Positions 1 to 8,745 of a stretch of DNA of 45,101 bases are shown piece after piece. Source of the stretch: Christensenellaceae bacterium. Lineage in GTDB: Bacteria > Bacillota > Clostridia > Christensenellales > Borkfalkiaceae. The stretch covers positions 1 to 45,101 of the forward strand of contig JAZSJY010000086.1 of assembly GCA_045534565.1 (NCBI GenBank), in the 5' to 3' direction. The notes beneath the pieces were generated by a model. The model did not search any database. It had not been told where the DNA came from and saw nothing but the letters and a program-made list of their open reading frames with translations. How positions within the stretch are numbered: the first letter of the stretch is position 1; each line of letters starts with the position of its first letter. The translations under genes were made by a program, and so were the position numbers.

Positions 1-50
1 ATATATTATAATATATATAACTATTGATTTTTTTAATTTTGGAGAAAAAT

Positions 51-1151
51 ATGAAACTTATTTGTGACGGTCTTGATTTATCTGATGCAGTTCTTAAGGT
101 ATCAAAAGCCCTTTCTATAAAATCTACTAACCCTATTTTAGAAGGTATTAAAATTACTGCCAAAGGCGATACTTTAACTTTGCTTGCAACCGATATGGAA
201 CTTACTATTGAAAGAAAAATTAAAGCAGACGTTTTAATGGAAGGCGAAACGGTTGTAGTTGGTAAATACTTCGTTGAATTTGCTAAAAAACTTGAAAAAG
301 AACAAGTTGAACTTTGTAGGCTTTTTGACGGGCAATTGCAAATTAAGTATTCAAATTCTGAAAGTGAACTTCAAGTATTCCCTGCTGAAAACTTCCCTAA
401 ACTTGAAAAAGATGAAGAAGGTAATTATTTTGAAATTTCACAAGCAGATTTTAAGAAAGTTGTTGAAAGAACTGTTTTTGCATGTTCAACCGACGATAGT
501 AGACCTATTCTTAAAGGTTGCCTTTTTGAAATTAAAGACGATATTTTAACTTCAGTTGCGCTTGACGGTTTTAGAATGGCAGTAGTTAAAAAACCCGTTA
601 ACGCAAGCGGTGATATGAAGGCAGTTATTCCTGCAAGAACTCTTTCTGAAATAGTTAGAATTTTAGATAAAGACGACAATAATATAAAAGTATTTTTACA
701 AAAGAACTCACTTTTCGTAGAAGTAGAAAACACTTGTTTATTTTCAAGACTTATTGAAGGCGAATTCGTTAAATACAATCACATATTACCCACGGCATTT
801 TCAAATTCAGTAACGGTTAATAGACAAGCGTTATTAAACAGTATTGAAAGGGCGTCAATAGTTGCAAGAAACGATAGATACAACGTTATTAAATTTGACG
901 TGAAAGAAGAAATTATGAATATTTCTGCAAAAGCAGAAGTAGGTAACGTAAACGAAAACGTTAATGTTAACTTAACTGGTAAAGATATTGCAATTGCGTT
1001 TAACGGCAAATATATAATGGAATATCTTAAAATTTCTGGTGATGAATTTATAACGTTAAACTTGAATACACCTATTGATCCGTGTGTATTAACGTCAGTT
1101 GGAAGGGACGATTTCCTTTATTTAGTGCTTCCTGTAAGAATAAATGCTTAA
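51..1151 (+). CDS. dnaN: DNA polymerase III beta subunit (sliding clamp)
   Basis: Track ORF 24..1151. The ATG at 51 follows GGAG (41-44). The 366-aa product (MKLICDG...NPILEGIKI...RLIEGEFVKY...LPVRI) has typical beta-clamp length and motifs. Confidence 0.95.
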   Translation: MKLICDGLDLSDAVLKVSKALSIKSTNPILEGIKITAKGDTLTLLATDMELTIERKIKADVLMEGETVVVGKYFVEFAKKLEKEQVELCRLFDGQLQIKYSNSESELQVFPAENFPKLEKDEEGNYFEISQADFKKVVERTVFACSTDDSRPILKGCLFEIKDDILTSVALDGFRMAVVKKPVNASGDMKAVIPARTLSEIVRILDKDDNNIKVFLQKNSLFVEVENTCLFSRLIEGEFVKYNHILPTAFSNSVTVNRQALLNSIERASIVARNDRYNVIKFDVKEEIMNISAKAEVGNVNENVNVNLTGKDIAIAFNGKYIMEYLKISGDEFITLNLNTPIDPCVLTSVGRDDFLYLVLPVRINA

Positions 1152-1156
1152 AATAA

Positions 1157-1185
1157 TTGACAAAAAGTAAAAATCTCTATACAAT
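1157..1185 (+). promoter_or_regulatory. SigA-type promoter of the rpmH operon
   Basis: TTGACA (1157-1162), 17-nt spacer, TACAAT (1180-1185), about 47 nt upstream of the rpmH ATG. Confidence 0.6.
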
Positions 1186-1232
1186 AGTATAGCAAAAATA
1201 AATAATGGTAAAAAAGTAAGGAGAATATAAAA

Positions 1233-1367
1233 ATGAAACAAACTTATCAGCCGAAGAAAAGACAAAGAAGTAAAGTTCACGGTTTTAGGAGCAGAATGAA
1301 AACCCGTAGCGGCAAAAACGTTTTAAAAAGACGTCGTAATAAAGGCCGTCATAAACTCTCTGCATAA
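1233..1367 (+). CDS. rpmH: 50S ribosomal protein L34
   Basis: 44-codon ORF, too short for the ORF track. AAGGAG at 1218-1223. Translation [44 protein letters not shown] is canonical L34. Confidence 0.95.
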   Translation: MKQTYQPKKRQRSKVHGFRSRMKTRSGKNVLKRRRNKGRHKLSA

Positions 1368-1372
1368 TTAAA

Positions 1373-1699
1373 ATGACCTTGGATTATAGGTTAAAAAGAG
1401 AAAAAGATTTCAATCTTGTTTTTAATAAAGGTAAAAGAATTTATTCAAAAACGTTGACGGTTGTATATTATCCGTCAAACCAACTAAAAGTCGGTTTCGC
1501 CGTGAGTAAAAAACACGGCGGAAGCGTCGTTAGAAATAGAATAAAAAGACTTTTGCGGGAATCTTTCAGAAGTTTTATGCCAAAGATTAGGCAAAACTTC
1601 TTTTTTGTTTTTATACCAAAAGTAAATGAAGAGTATACGCTTAAAGAATTTATTGAAAGTATGGAATTTATTTTTAAAAAAGGTGGTTTTTTAGAATAA
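1373..1699 (+). CDS. rnpA: RNase P protein component
   Basis: Directly follows rpmH. 108 aa, basic, with the RNR-type motif VVRNRIKRLLRE. Confidence 0.9.
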   Translation: MTLDYRLKREKDFNLVFNKGKRIYSKTLTVVYYPSNQLKVGFAVSKKHGGSVVRNRIKRLLRESFRSFMPKIRQNFFFVFIPKVNEEYTLKEFIESMEFIFKKGGFLE

Positions 1700-1933
1700 A
1701 TGCTTAAGTGGATAAGCGTAAAATTGATAAGGTTTTATCAAAAATATTTATCAAAGGGAACGTGTATGTATTTTCCAACTTGCTCGCAGTATATGTTAGA
1801 AGCAATACTTAAACGCGGGTTTTTTGTTGGTTTGTGTTTAGGAATTTTTAGAATTATTAGATGTGTGCCTTGGGTAAAAGGTGGGTATGACCCCGTTCCT
1901 GATAAAAAAAGTGTTGTTAAATGGGTATATTAA
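1700..1933 (+). CDS. yidD: membrane protein insertion efficiency factor YidD
   Basis: ATG abuts the rnpA stop. Motifs YQKYLS, CMYFPTCSQY, RCVPWVKGGYDPVP are typical of YidD. Confidence 0.9.
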   Translation: MLKWISVKLIRFYQKYLSKGTCMYFPTCSQYMLEAILKRGFFVGLCLGIFRIIRCVPWVKGGYDPVPDKKSVVKWVY

Positions 1934-1936
1934 ATT

Positions 1937-3676
1937 ATGGGTATAATAAATGTTTCAGCACCAGGCGTTGGTGGCTTTTTAGTTAGAATAATTTCAGGGC
2001 TTATTACCGGTTGTGGTTCTATTGCTGTTGGTATTATTTTATTTACGGTAATACTTAAACTTATAACTCTTCCGTTTGACTTTATGAGTAGGGTTTCTAT
2101 GCGTAAGAACTCTCTTAAAATGGAAGAAATGCGCCCCGAACTTGAAAAATTACAAAAACAATACGCAGATAATAAAGAACTTTATAACCAAAAAATGATG
2201 GCTCTTTACAAAAAGAACGGTTATTCTATGTTCGGCGCGTGCTTGCCGACCATTTTAACTTTGGTTATTTTTATAGTTGCTTTGCGTGGCTTTACGGCTT
2301 ATTCTCAATGGCAAAATAGAGAATATCTTTATAATATGAGCGTATCTTACAATAATGTTGTTTATTCTGGTATTGACGTTGACGGCACTTATATTAAAGA
2401 GAATAGCGACGGAAGTATTTCAATTGACTATGAAAAGTTATTAAATACTAACGAAGTTTCAATTAAAGACGAAAACAACGTTGAACTTTATAAAATTTAC
2501 GCTCAATCTAAAAAGGTTGGCGAAGTAATAAAAGAAGGTAACGACGTTGGCGATACTATGCTTTTAACTGTTTATACTGATAACAGTTACGTTAAGTATA
2601 ACGTTCAATGTGAAGTAAATACCGATGGAAAAATAAACCTTTCCCCTGCTTATTATTTAGTAAGATATGAAGGTTTAGTTTCAGGTAAACTTGCTAAAGC
2701 AGAAAATAATAATCTTAAACTTTTAGGTGATAACGGCGAAAGTAAAAAAGAATTTGCTACTTACTATACTGAAAACTTTGAAGGCGTTTACGAAAAAATA
2801 GTAGAAACTGAAAGGGCAACTTACGTTGGTGAAAAACTTAAAGGCGTTGCTGAAGCAGATAAAGAAAGCGTAACTGCAACTGCAAACGCAGAGTTTGACG
2901 CAAAACTTTTAGATGCAACTTACGTTGCCGAATTAACTGCAACTGCAAACGAAAAAATTTCTTCTAACTTTATTTTAGATATTCAACAAGAAAAATCGGC
3001 AGAAACTTATAGAGAAGAAGAAGAAGGATTCTTGTGGATTAAAAACATTTGGGTTACCGATAGCCCGATGAAACACCCCGTTGAAACTAGTTGGTCAACC
3101 TTTAAGAAAACGCACGAATATAAAGGCAACGATATAGGCGATTCTGGTTACGCAACTTTAACTGCAAAACTCGGCACAGAAAAAGAACAAGCGAACGGCT
3201 ATTTCGTTTTAGTTGTTTTAACTGCAGGCGTTTCACTTGCAATGCAACTTGTAACGAACAAGTCACAAAAAGCGCAAATGGAATTGCAAACGGTTGACGG
3301 ACAAGGCGCGCAAACGCAAAAGATTATGAAATGGATGATGCCTATTATGATGGCTATATTTGCGTTTATGTATACGTCTGCGTTCTCAATCTATATTATA
3401 TTAAGTTCGCTTATAAGTATGGGGACTACCGTTGGTATTAACTTTATAGTTGATAGAAGATTTAAAAAGCAAAAAGAAAAAGGCGACGACGGTAAAACTA
3501 GAAAGAGAATTTATACCCCAAAAGAAGAAGAAAAACAAGATCCTAAAAAAGCGAAGAAAGTAAAGGAAGATAAAGACGACAAGTTTGCACATGAAAGTGG
3601 TGGCGACTTCCTTACCGGTAAAAAGAAAGTTAAAAAAGCAAAACCGCAACAACATATTCGCGGTAGATTAAAATAA
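1937..3676 (+). CDS. yidC: YidC/Oxa1-family membrane insertase with a large loop insertion and a basic C-terminal tail
   Basis: Core motifs: LKLITLPF, MEEMRPELEKLQKQY, MMALYKKNGYSMFGACLPTILTLVIF, GFLWIKNIW, and C-terminal TM segments followed by a Lys/Arg-rich tail. Syntenic after rnpA-yidD. Confidence 0.85.
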   Translation: MGIINVSAPGVGGFLVRIISGLITGCGSIAVGIILFTVILKLITLPFDFMSRVSMRKNSLKMEEMRPELEKLQKQYADNKELYNQKMMALYKKNGYSMFGACLPTILTLVIFIVALRGFTAYSQWQNREYLYNMSVSYNNVVYSGIDVDGTYIKENSDGSISIDYEKLLNTNEVSIKDENNVELYKIYAQSKKVGEVIKEGNDVGDTMLLTVYTDNSYVKYNVQCEVNTDGKINLSPAYYLVRYEGLVSGKLAKAENNNLKLLGDNGESKKEFATYYTENFEGVYEKIVETERATYVGEKLKGVAEADKESVTATANAEFDAKLLDATYVAELTATANEKISSNFILDIQQEKSAETYREEEEGFLWIKNIWVTDSPMKHPVETSWSTFKKTHEYKGNDIGDSGYATLTAKLGTEKEQANGYFVLVVLTAGVSLAMQLVTNKSQKAQMELQTVDGQGAQTQKIMKWMMPIMMAIFAFMYTSAFSIYIILSSLISMGTTVGINFIVDRRFKKQKEKGDDGKTRKRIYTPKEEEKQDPKKAKKVKEDKDDKFAHESGGDFLTGKKKVKKAKPQQHIRGRLK

Positions 3677-3691
3677 TATAAGGAGAGAAAT

Positions 3692-4495
3692 ATGCAATTT
3701 ACGGCAAAAACGGTGGAAGAAGCCAAAGTATTAGGGCTTATTGAACTTGGAATCACCGAAGACCAAGCAGAAATTACCGTAATAGAAGAACCTAAAAAAG
3801 GTTTGTTTGGTAGAATTAAAGGCAATGCGGTAATAGAAATCGTAAAGAAACAAACTGACGCAGTAAGAACAACTCAATTCGTTCAAGGCATTGTTGATTT
3901 AATGGAATTGAACGCAAAAGCAGAACTCGTTGAAGAAGGCAAAAACACGGTAATTAAATTAGTAGCAGATGATTCTGCAAACGTTATAGGGTACCGTGGC
4001 GAAGTGCTTGACGCTATTCAAACTTTAGCAGGCGCATCACTCAATATCGGCAAAAAAGAATACAAAAAGGTAGTTGTTGACTGCGAAAATTATAGAGAAA
4101 AGAGAGAAGAAACTTTAGTTCGCCTTGCTAAAAAACTTGAAGAAAAAGCAACCGAAATTAAAAGAGAAGTTATTTTAGAACCTATGAGTCCTTATGAAAG
4201 ACGCATTATTCACACTGCCCTTTCACAAAGTCAAACGGTAACCACCCGTAGCGACGGCAAAGAACCAAATCGTTACGTAGTAATCGTTCCTAACGAAAAG
4301 GAAGAAGGCTCTAAACCGTATAACGCAGGCAGAAATAACGATAGAAAAGATAATCGTCGTGATAGCCGTGGCGGTAAAGGTAATTTTAAGAGTGGAAGAA
4401 GAGATAATCGCAATCGCTCGTCAAAACCAAGTGGCGAAAAGAAAAAAACGACTATAACTTTTGGAACTTATCTTGGCAACAGTCTTAAAAAATAA
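3692..4495 (+). CDS. jag: Jag/KhpB RNA-binding protein (Jag_N, KH, R3H)
   Basis: AAGGAGAG RBS. The R3H region PYERRIIHTAL is present. Canonical position after yidC. Arg/Asn/Lys-rich tail of about 70 aa. Confidence 0.85.
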   Translation: MQFTAKTVEEAKVLGLIELGITEDQAEITVIEEPKKGLFGRIKGNAVIEIVKKQTDAVRTTQFVQGIVDLMELNAKAELVEEGKNTVIKLVADDSANVIGYRGEVLDAIQTLAGASLNIGKKEYKKVVVDCENYREKREETLVRLAKKLEEKATEIKREVILEPMSPYERRIIHTALSQSQTVTTRSDGKEPNRYVVIVPNEKEEGSKPYNAGRNNDRKDNRRDSRGGKGNFKSGRRDNRNRSSKPSGEKKKTTITFGTYLGNSLKK

Positions 4496-4501
4496 TTAAA
4501 T

Positions 4502-4537
4502 AAAAAAACCATCTGTTTTTACAGATGGTTTTCTTTT
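4502..4537. terminator. bidirectional intrinsic terminator between jag and the convergent FAD oxidoreductase gene
   Basis: Stem AACCATCTGT (4507-4516) pairs with ACAGATGGTT (4521-4530). Flanked by an A-run and a T-run. Confidence 0.8.
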
Positions 4538-4540
4538 ACT

Positions 4541-6358
4541 CTAAAAAACTTCAAAGTTGAATAAATGAGCCGTTGAACTTAAATAATCGTTAGTTTTTGT
4601 TTCGCTGTGATACGTTGATATAGGAATAAATCTAACGGCCAATGCGTTAACTTGTAATTTGTGTTTAATAAAACGCATATAGTTATCAGTAACTTCTATT
4701 GCCGTTTGCCAAACACCATTTTCGGTTAAGTACTCTATTTTATAGTGTTTTATCAAACAGGTTGGGAAACCGAAAGTAGTGTTGTTATAACTTTTTGGGA
4801 AGAATAAAACAGACGAAGTGTGCAAGCCGTCTGGGTTGCCGTAAGTATATTCCCTATTTAAGTCGCTATCAAGGACTAAACGCACGCCCGAAATAAAAGT
4901 AGGCTCTTCAAAAGTATAAGTAATAGGTAAATTTGTTTTGCCGTAATAACCGTTATCGTTACCCCAAATTCTACGGTCAACGCCGTTAAGAAGCGCCGTG
5001 CAATCGCCGTAACCACAAGAAAGTTTACCCTTTAATGAAAGTTCGCTTGGTTTTCTTTTAAGCGTGGGTATAAAACAATCGTCTTCTAATAAAATGTTTT
5101 GAACTTCTTCAATTTTTTGCTCTGCAACTTGCCTTGGCGTAAGGTTATATTTAATAGCCACTGAACAAGCCGTGCCAACTGCTTGACCTATAACGCCGAT
5201 AGTACCCATAACACGTGTAGTGCTAAAAGCCACGTGTGATGCGCTTATATTTCTGCCTGCAAACATAAGGTTTTGTACGTTCTTTGAATAGAGTGAACGC
5301 AAAGGAATTGAATAAGGCTCTTTAAGTTTTCTTTTTTGCAAGTGGTTTTCGCCTTTTGCGTCAAGATAAAAGCCACCGGGTAAGTGATTATCTATTTGCC
5401 AACCACCGTAAGCAACGGCGTCGGCGAAAGGCGTGCAATTTTCTACGTCGTTTTGCGTTAAAACGTAATCGCCAACGTATCTTCTACTTTCACGCTTGCC
5501 AGGTAAAAAACCAACCCACTCTAAATCCCAGTTTTCTGCACCGTGGTCGCCGTGGTTTTTAATGTGGTCCCAAACGCCAAACGCAATTTTAAGAAGTTCA
5601 TCTCTAATTTCTTCGGTGTCGTCAATAGAGTTTTGCATACCCCCTAACTCTATCCAGTAGAAGTTAGTATTTATAGCGTAAATGTTATGTGGCTTGTTAT
5701 TCATTGATTGATCGTCAGGAAAATCGTAAGCCCATTTAGGTGGCGTATACGATACGGGGTGATCAGTTTCCCTACATTGTAAAAGAAGGCTCATACCCAT
5801 AGTATGATTATCTGCAACTTCTAAACCAAATTCTTCGTTATATTTATTTTTATCTTCTCTACCTACGGCGTATTCTGCGTTGGTTAGTGGCGCAAGAATA
5901 CTATCCCCCGAACAGTCAACGAAAATTTTTGCCTTTACTACGTGTTGTGTATAAGTGGTAAGTTGAAAACCCGTAACACTTTGTATTTTATTATCTTTAC
6001 AATCTGCGTCAATACAAGTACAGTTAAGCATAAGGTCAATATTTTCTTCAAACTTAACTTTTTCGTACAAAAGTGCATCCCAAAGACTGTAATTTCTTTT
6101 TGGGTTACGGTGCATATTTTCAAGCAAAAGTTCTTCCATTATGCCCGTTTCTTGTAAATCCCTTACCCTTGTGCCTGCGCCCGATATCCACATACGGATT
6201 TCGCTTGAAGCGTTGCCACCAAGCACGGGTCTATCGTGCATAAGCGCAACTTTAACGCCTTTACGTGCAGCCGAAATTGCCGTGAACATACCACCTATGC
6301 CCCCACCGATTACGCACACGTCTACTTGGTGAATTTTAGTTTTTAAGTTTGCGTTCAT
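4541..6358 (-). CDS. FAD-dependent oxidoreductase (FAD_oxidored-like) with a beta-rich C-terminal domain
   Basis: Start moved to the ATG at 6358 (MNANLK...), which is preceded by AAAGGAGAAAA. Dinucleotide-binding motif VCVIGGGIGGM. 605 aa. Confidence 0.7.
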   Translation of the reverse strand: MNANLKTKIHQVDVCVIGGGIGGMFTAISAARKGVKVALMHDRPVLGGNASSEIRMWISGAGTRVRDLQETGIMEELLLENMHRNPKRNYSLWDALLYEKVKFEENIDLMLNCTCIDADCKDNKIQSVTGFQLTTYTQHVVKAKIFVDCSGDSILAPLTNAEYAVGREDKNKYNEEFGLEVADNHTMGMSLLLQCRETDHPVSYTPPKWAYDFPDDQSMNNKPHNIYAINTNFYWIELGGMQNSIDDTEEIRDELLKIAFGVWDHIKNHGDHGAENWDLEWVGFLPGKRESRRYVGDYVLTQNDVENCTPFADAVAYGGWQIDNHLPGGFYLDAKGENHLQKRKLKEPYSIPLRSLYSKNVQNLMFAGRNISASHVAFSTTRVMGTIGVIGQAVGTACSVAIKYNLTPRQVAEQKIEEVQNILLEDDCFIPTLKRKPSELSLKGKLSCGYGDCTALLNGVDRRIWGNDNGYYGKTNLPITYTFEEPTFISGVRLVLDSDLNREYTYGNPDGLHTSSVLFFPKSYNNTTFGFPTCLIKHYKIEYLTENGVWQTAIEVTDNYMRFIKHKLQVNALAVRFIPISTYHSETKTNDYLSSTAHLFNFEVF

Positions 6359-6430
6359 AAAAATTTTCTCCTTTTTTATATTAAACACTTGAAAGGTTTT
6401 TAATTTTATCGTATAATAATTTTAACATAT

Positions 6431-6479
6431 ACAAAATGCAAAATCTTTGTATTTTGTGATTAAAATTTTTTATTTTGTG
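6431..6479. promoter_or_regulatory. candidate AraC operator half-sites
   Basis: TATTTTGTG occurs at 6450-6458 and 6471-6479, a 21-bp pitch. An inverted ACAAAAT lies at 6431-6437. All are in the divergent promoter region. Confidence 0.3.
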
Positions 6480-6489
6480 TCGTAATAAT

Positions 6490-7356
6490 ATGCAACTACT
6501 TTCTTACTTTTTAAGTAAACAAACTAAAAATTACGGTAAAATTACTAACTGGAACAACGTAGCGCTTTCAGAAAACTTATTTTATTCGTTTAGGGATACT
6601 TGCTATAATGAGAGCAATTATCCATCAACTTTGCATTACCACGACTATTACGAATTAGTGGTTTTCGTTGAAGGGGATATTGAATATTTATGTGATGAAA
6701 ACGTTTACTCCGTTAAAAAGGGTGACGTAATTATTATTCCACCACATAGTTTTCATTTATCAAGGCTAATAAATAAAAGTACCGAATATAAACGCCACGT
6801 TTTTTATTTTTTCGGCGATCAAATAGATAAAGAGTTATTTTGTTTGTTTGCTAAAAAAGCAAAAAAAGGCGAAATATATAATAGCGAAAAAATTTTAAGT
6901 TTAGCGACCAATATAAAAGAGCAAATAAAAGAATATTGCCCTGTAAAAAAGGCTTTGTGCAACGCACTTTTTACTCAAATTATATGTACTATTTTAAGTA
7001 ATGAAAGTATGAAAGACGGCAAAAGTCAAACCCTACCAGATAAGTTAAGTCAAATTAAAAGTTTTATTGATAATAACTACGGGCAAATAAATTCTGTTAG
7101 CGCAGTTGCAAACGAATTTTATTATAGCAGAGAATATCTTTCAAGATTATTTAAAAAATATTTTAATACGACTGTAAACGAATATATAAATAAACTACGG
7201 GTAGTTGAAAGCCAAAAACTATTATCTAAAGGCGAAAGCGTTACCGACGCTTGTTATAGGGTAGGTTTTGGTTCTCTTTCAACGTATATAAGAGTTTTTA
7301 ACAGCGTTACGGGTATGACGCCGTTAGAATATAAAAAGGCAGTGGGAATAAAATAA
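6490..7356 (+). CDS. AraC-family transcriptional regulator (cupin plus HTH)
   Basis: Cupin-like HYHDYYELVVFVEGD. C-terminal AraC HTH (YSREYLSRLFKKYF...GFGSLSTYIRVFNSVTGMTPLEYK). The ATG at 6490 is preferred over the TTG at 6475. Confidence 0.85.
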   Translation: MQLLSYFLSKQTKNYGKITNWNNVALSENLFYSFRDTCYNESNYPSTLHYHDYYELVVFVEGDIEYLCDENVYSVKKGDVIIIPPHSFHLSRLINKSTEYKRHVFYFFGDQIDKELFCLFAKKAKKGEIYNSEKILSLATNIKEQIKEYCPVKKALCNALFTQIICTILSNESMKDGKSQTLPDKLSQIKSFIDNNYGQINSVSAVANEFYYSREYLSRLFKKYFNTTVNEYINKLRVVESQKLLSKGESVTDACYRVGFGSLSTYIRVFNSVTGMTPLEYKKAVGIK

Positions 7357-7407
7357 ACGCTTGCTAAAAGTACTAGTTGTGTGTTAAAATTATAAAAAGG
7401 TAAAATT

Positions 7408-8190
7408 ATGGAAATATTATTATGTACGGTATTACCAACGGCGCTTGGTGTAGGTGGTGCAACGCTTATCGGCGCAGGAATAGGTTTTATATTTAAGAAT
7501 ATATCACATAAATTTAGCGATATAGTTTTATCGTTTGCCGCGGGCGTTATGCTTGCCGCCGCTATTTTGGGGTTAATTCTTCCATCGGTTGAATATGGGA
7601 ACAAATTACACGGTGGTTACTGGGGTTTAGCAGTTGCCGTTGGTGGAATTATGGTTGGTGCGTTGTGCTTAAACTTAATTGATAAGTTAGTCCCCCACTT
7701 ACATAAACTTGCAGGTACGGAATTAGAAAATCATAGTGATAAAACAAAACTAAATAAAGTTTTGCTTTTCGTTTTTGCAATAGCAATACATAATTTGCCC
7801 GAAGGCATAGCCGCAGGCGTTGGTTTTGGCTCTGGCAATACGGGAGAAGCGTTAGTTATTGCAGGTGGTATCGCATTGCAAAATATACCTGAAGGTATGG
7901 TAATAATAGCGCCTATGCTTGCCGCAGGGCTTTCAAAAAAACGCACCTTGCTTTACGCATCTATAACGGGTTTTATAGAAATTTTAGGCACGCTTATAGG
8001 GTATTTTGCAGTAAGTATATCATCGGTTATTCTCCCCTATGCTTTGGCGTTTGCAGGTGGAACTATGCTTTACGTTATCAGTGACGAAATGATACCTGAA
8101 ACTCACTCGCACGGCAGTCAGCGTGGCGCAACGTACGCATTGCTTATAGGGTTTTGTTTAATGTTAGTATTTGATTTTATTTTGGGGTAA
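7408..8190 (+). CDS. ZIP-family divalent metal (zinc) transporter, ZupT-like
   Basis: Multi-pass membrane protein with the ZIP signature HNLPEGIA and a second QNIPEGM motif. Confidence 0.8.
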   Translation: MEILLCTVLPTALGVGGATLIGAGIGFIFKNISHKFSDIVLSFAAGVMLAAAILGLILPSVEYGNKLHGGYWGLAVAVGGIMVGALCLNLIDKLVPHLHKLAGTELENHSDKTKLNKVLLFVFAIAIHNLPEGIAAGVGFGSGNTGEALVIAGGIALQNIPEGMVIIAPMLAAGLSKKRTLLYASITGFIEILGTLIGYFAVSISSVILPYALAFAGGTMLYVISDEMIPETHSHGSQRGATYALLIGFCLMLVFDFILG

Positions 8191-8193
8191 AAA

Positions 8194-8391
8194 ATGAAAG
8201 TAACTTTTAATGAAAATAAAGAAATAGTAGAAAGAATACAAGAAGGTTTAAAGCGCACGGGTGGTTATTGCCCTTGCAGATTACAAAGAAAAGAAGAATA
8301 TAAGTGCATGTGTGAAGAATTCAAAGCGCAGATAAAAGACCCAAACTTTGAAGGATATTGCCATTGCCTTTTATATTATAAATCAAAATAA
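8194..8391 (+). CDS. ferredoxin-thioredoxin reductase catalytic-subunit-like mini-protein
   Basis: 65 aa with the cysteine pattern CPCR...CMC...CHCLLY, which resembles the FTR catalytic chain (CPCR...CPC...CHCMLF). Starts 3 nt after the ZIP stop and lies 12 nt before trxA. Confidence 0.6.
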   Translation: MKVTFNENKEIVERIQEGLKRTGGYCPCRLQRKEEYKCMCEEFKAQIKDPNFEGYCHCLLYYKSK

Positions 8392-8403
8392 AGGAGAAGA
8401 ATT

Positions 8404-8718
8404 ATGGCTATTAAATTAGATAAATTCAATTTTACAGAAGAAGTTTTAGAAGCAGACGTACCCGTAATAGTTGATTTTTGGGCAAGTTGGTGTGGACCTT
8501 GCATGATGCTTTCACCCATTATTGAAGAACTTGCAAAAGACCTTGAAGGAAAAGCAAAAGTCGGCAAAATCAACGTTGATGAAGAAATGGAATTATCAAT
8601 GGAATTTGGCATTGAATCAATACCTACGTTAATGTTCTTTAAAGACGGCGAAATGAAGAAAAAGACTATAGGGCTTATGACCAAAAAGGAAATAACAGAT
8701 ATAGTAAATTCATTATAA
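8404..8718 (+). CDS. trxA: thioredoxin
   Basis: WCGPC active site, 104 aa, AAAGGAGAAG RBS. Confidence 0.95.
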   Translation: MAIKLDKFNFTEEVLEADVPVIVDFWASWCGPCMMLSPIIEELAKDLEGKAKVGKINVDEEMELSMEFGIESIPTLMFFKDGEMKKKTIGLMTKKEITDIVNSL

Positions 8719-8745
8719 AAAAACACCCGAAAGGGTGTTTTTCTT
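8719..8745. terminator. bidirectional intrinsic terminator
   Basis: ACACCC-GAAA-GGGTGT hairpin (8723-8738) flanked by an A-run and a T-run, between convergent genes. Confidence 0.8.

Noticed and set aside
24-50. 5' extensions of track ORFs: 24-50 dnaN, 6359-6388 FAD oxidoreductase, 24076-24135 YgjV-like, 26161-26235 gltS, 31907-31996 sorE-like, 33199-33258 fruK, 42204-42239 coaE, 44764-44814 polA.
   Set aside because: In each case an internal ATG or GTG has a well-spaced SD and gives the conserved N-terminus. Several extensions contain the promoter or the upstream gene's coding end.
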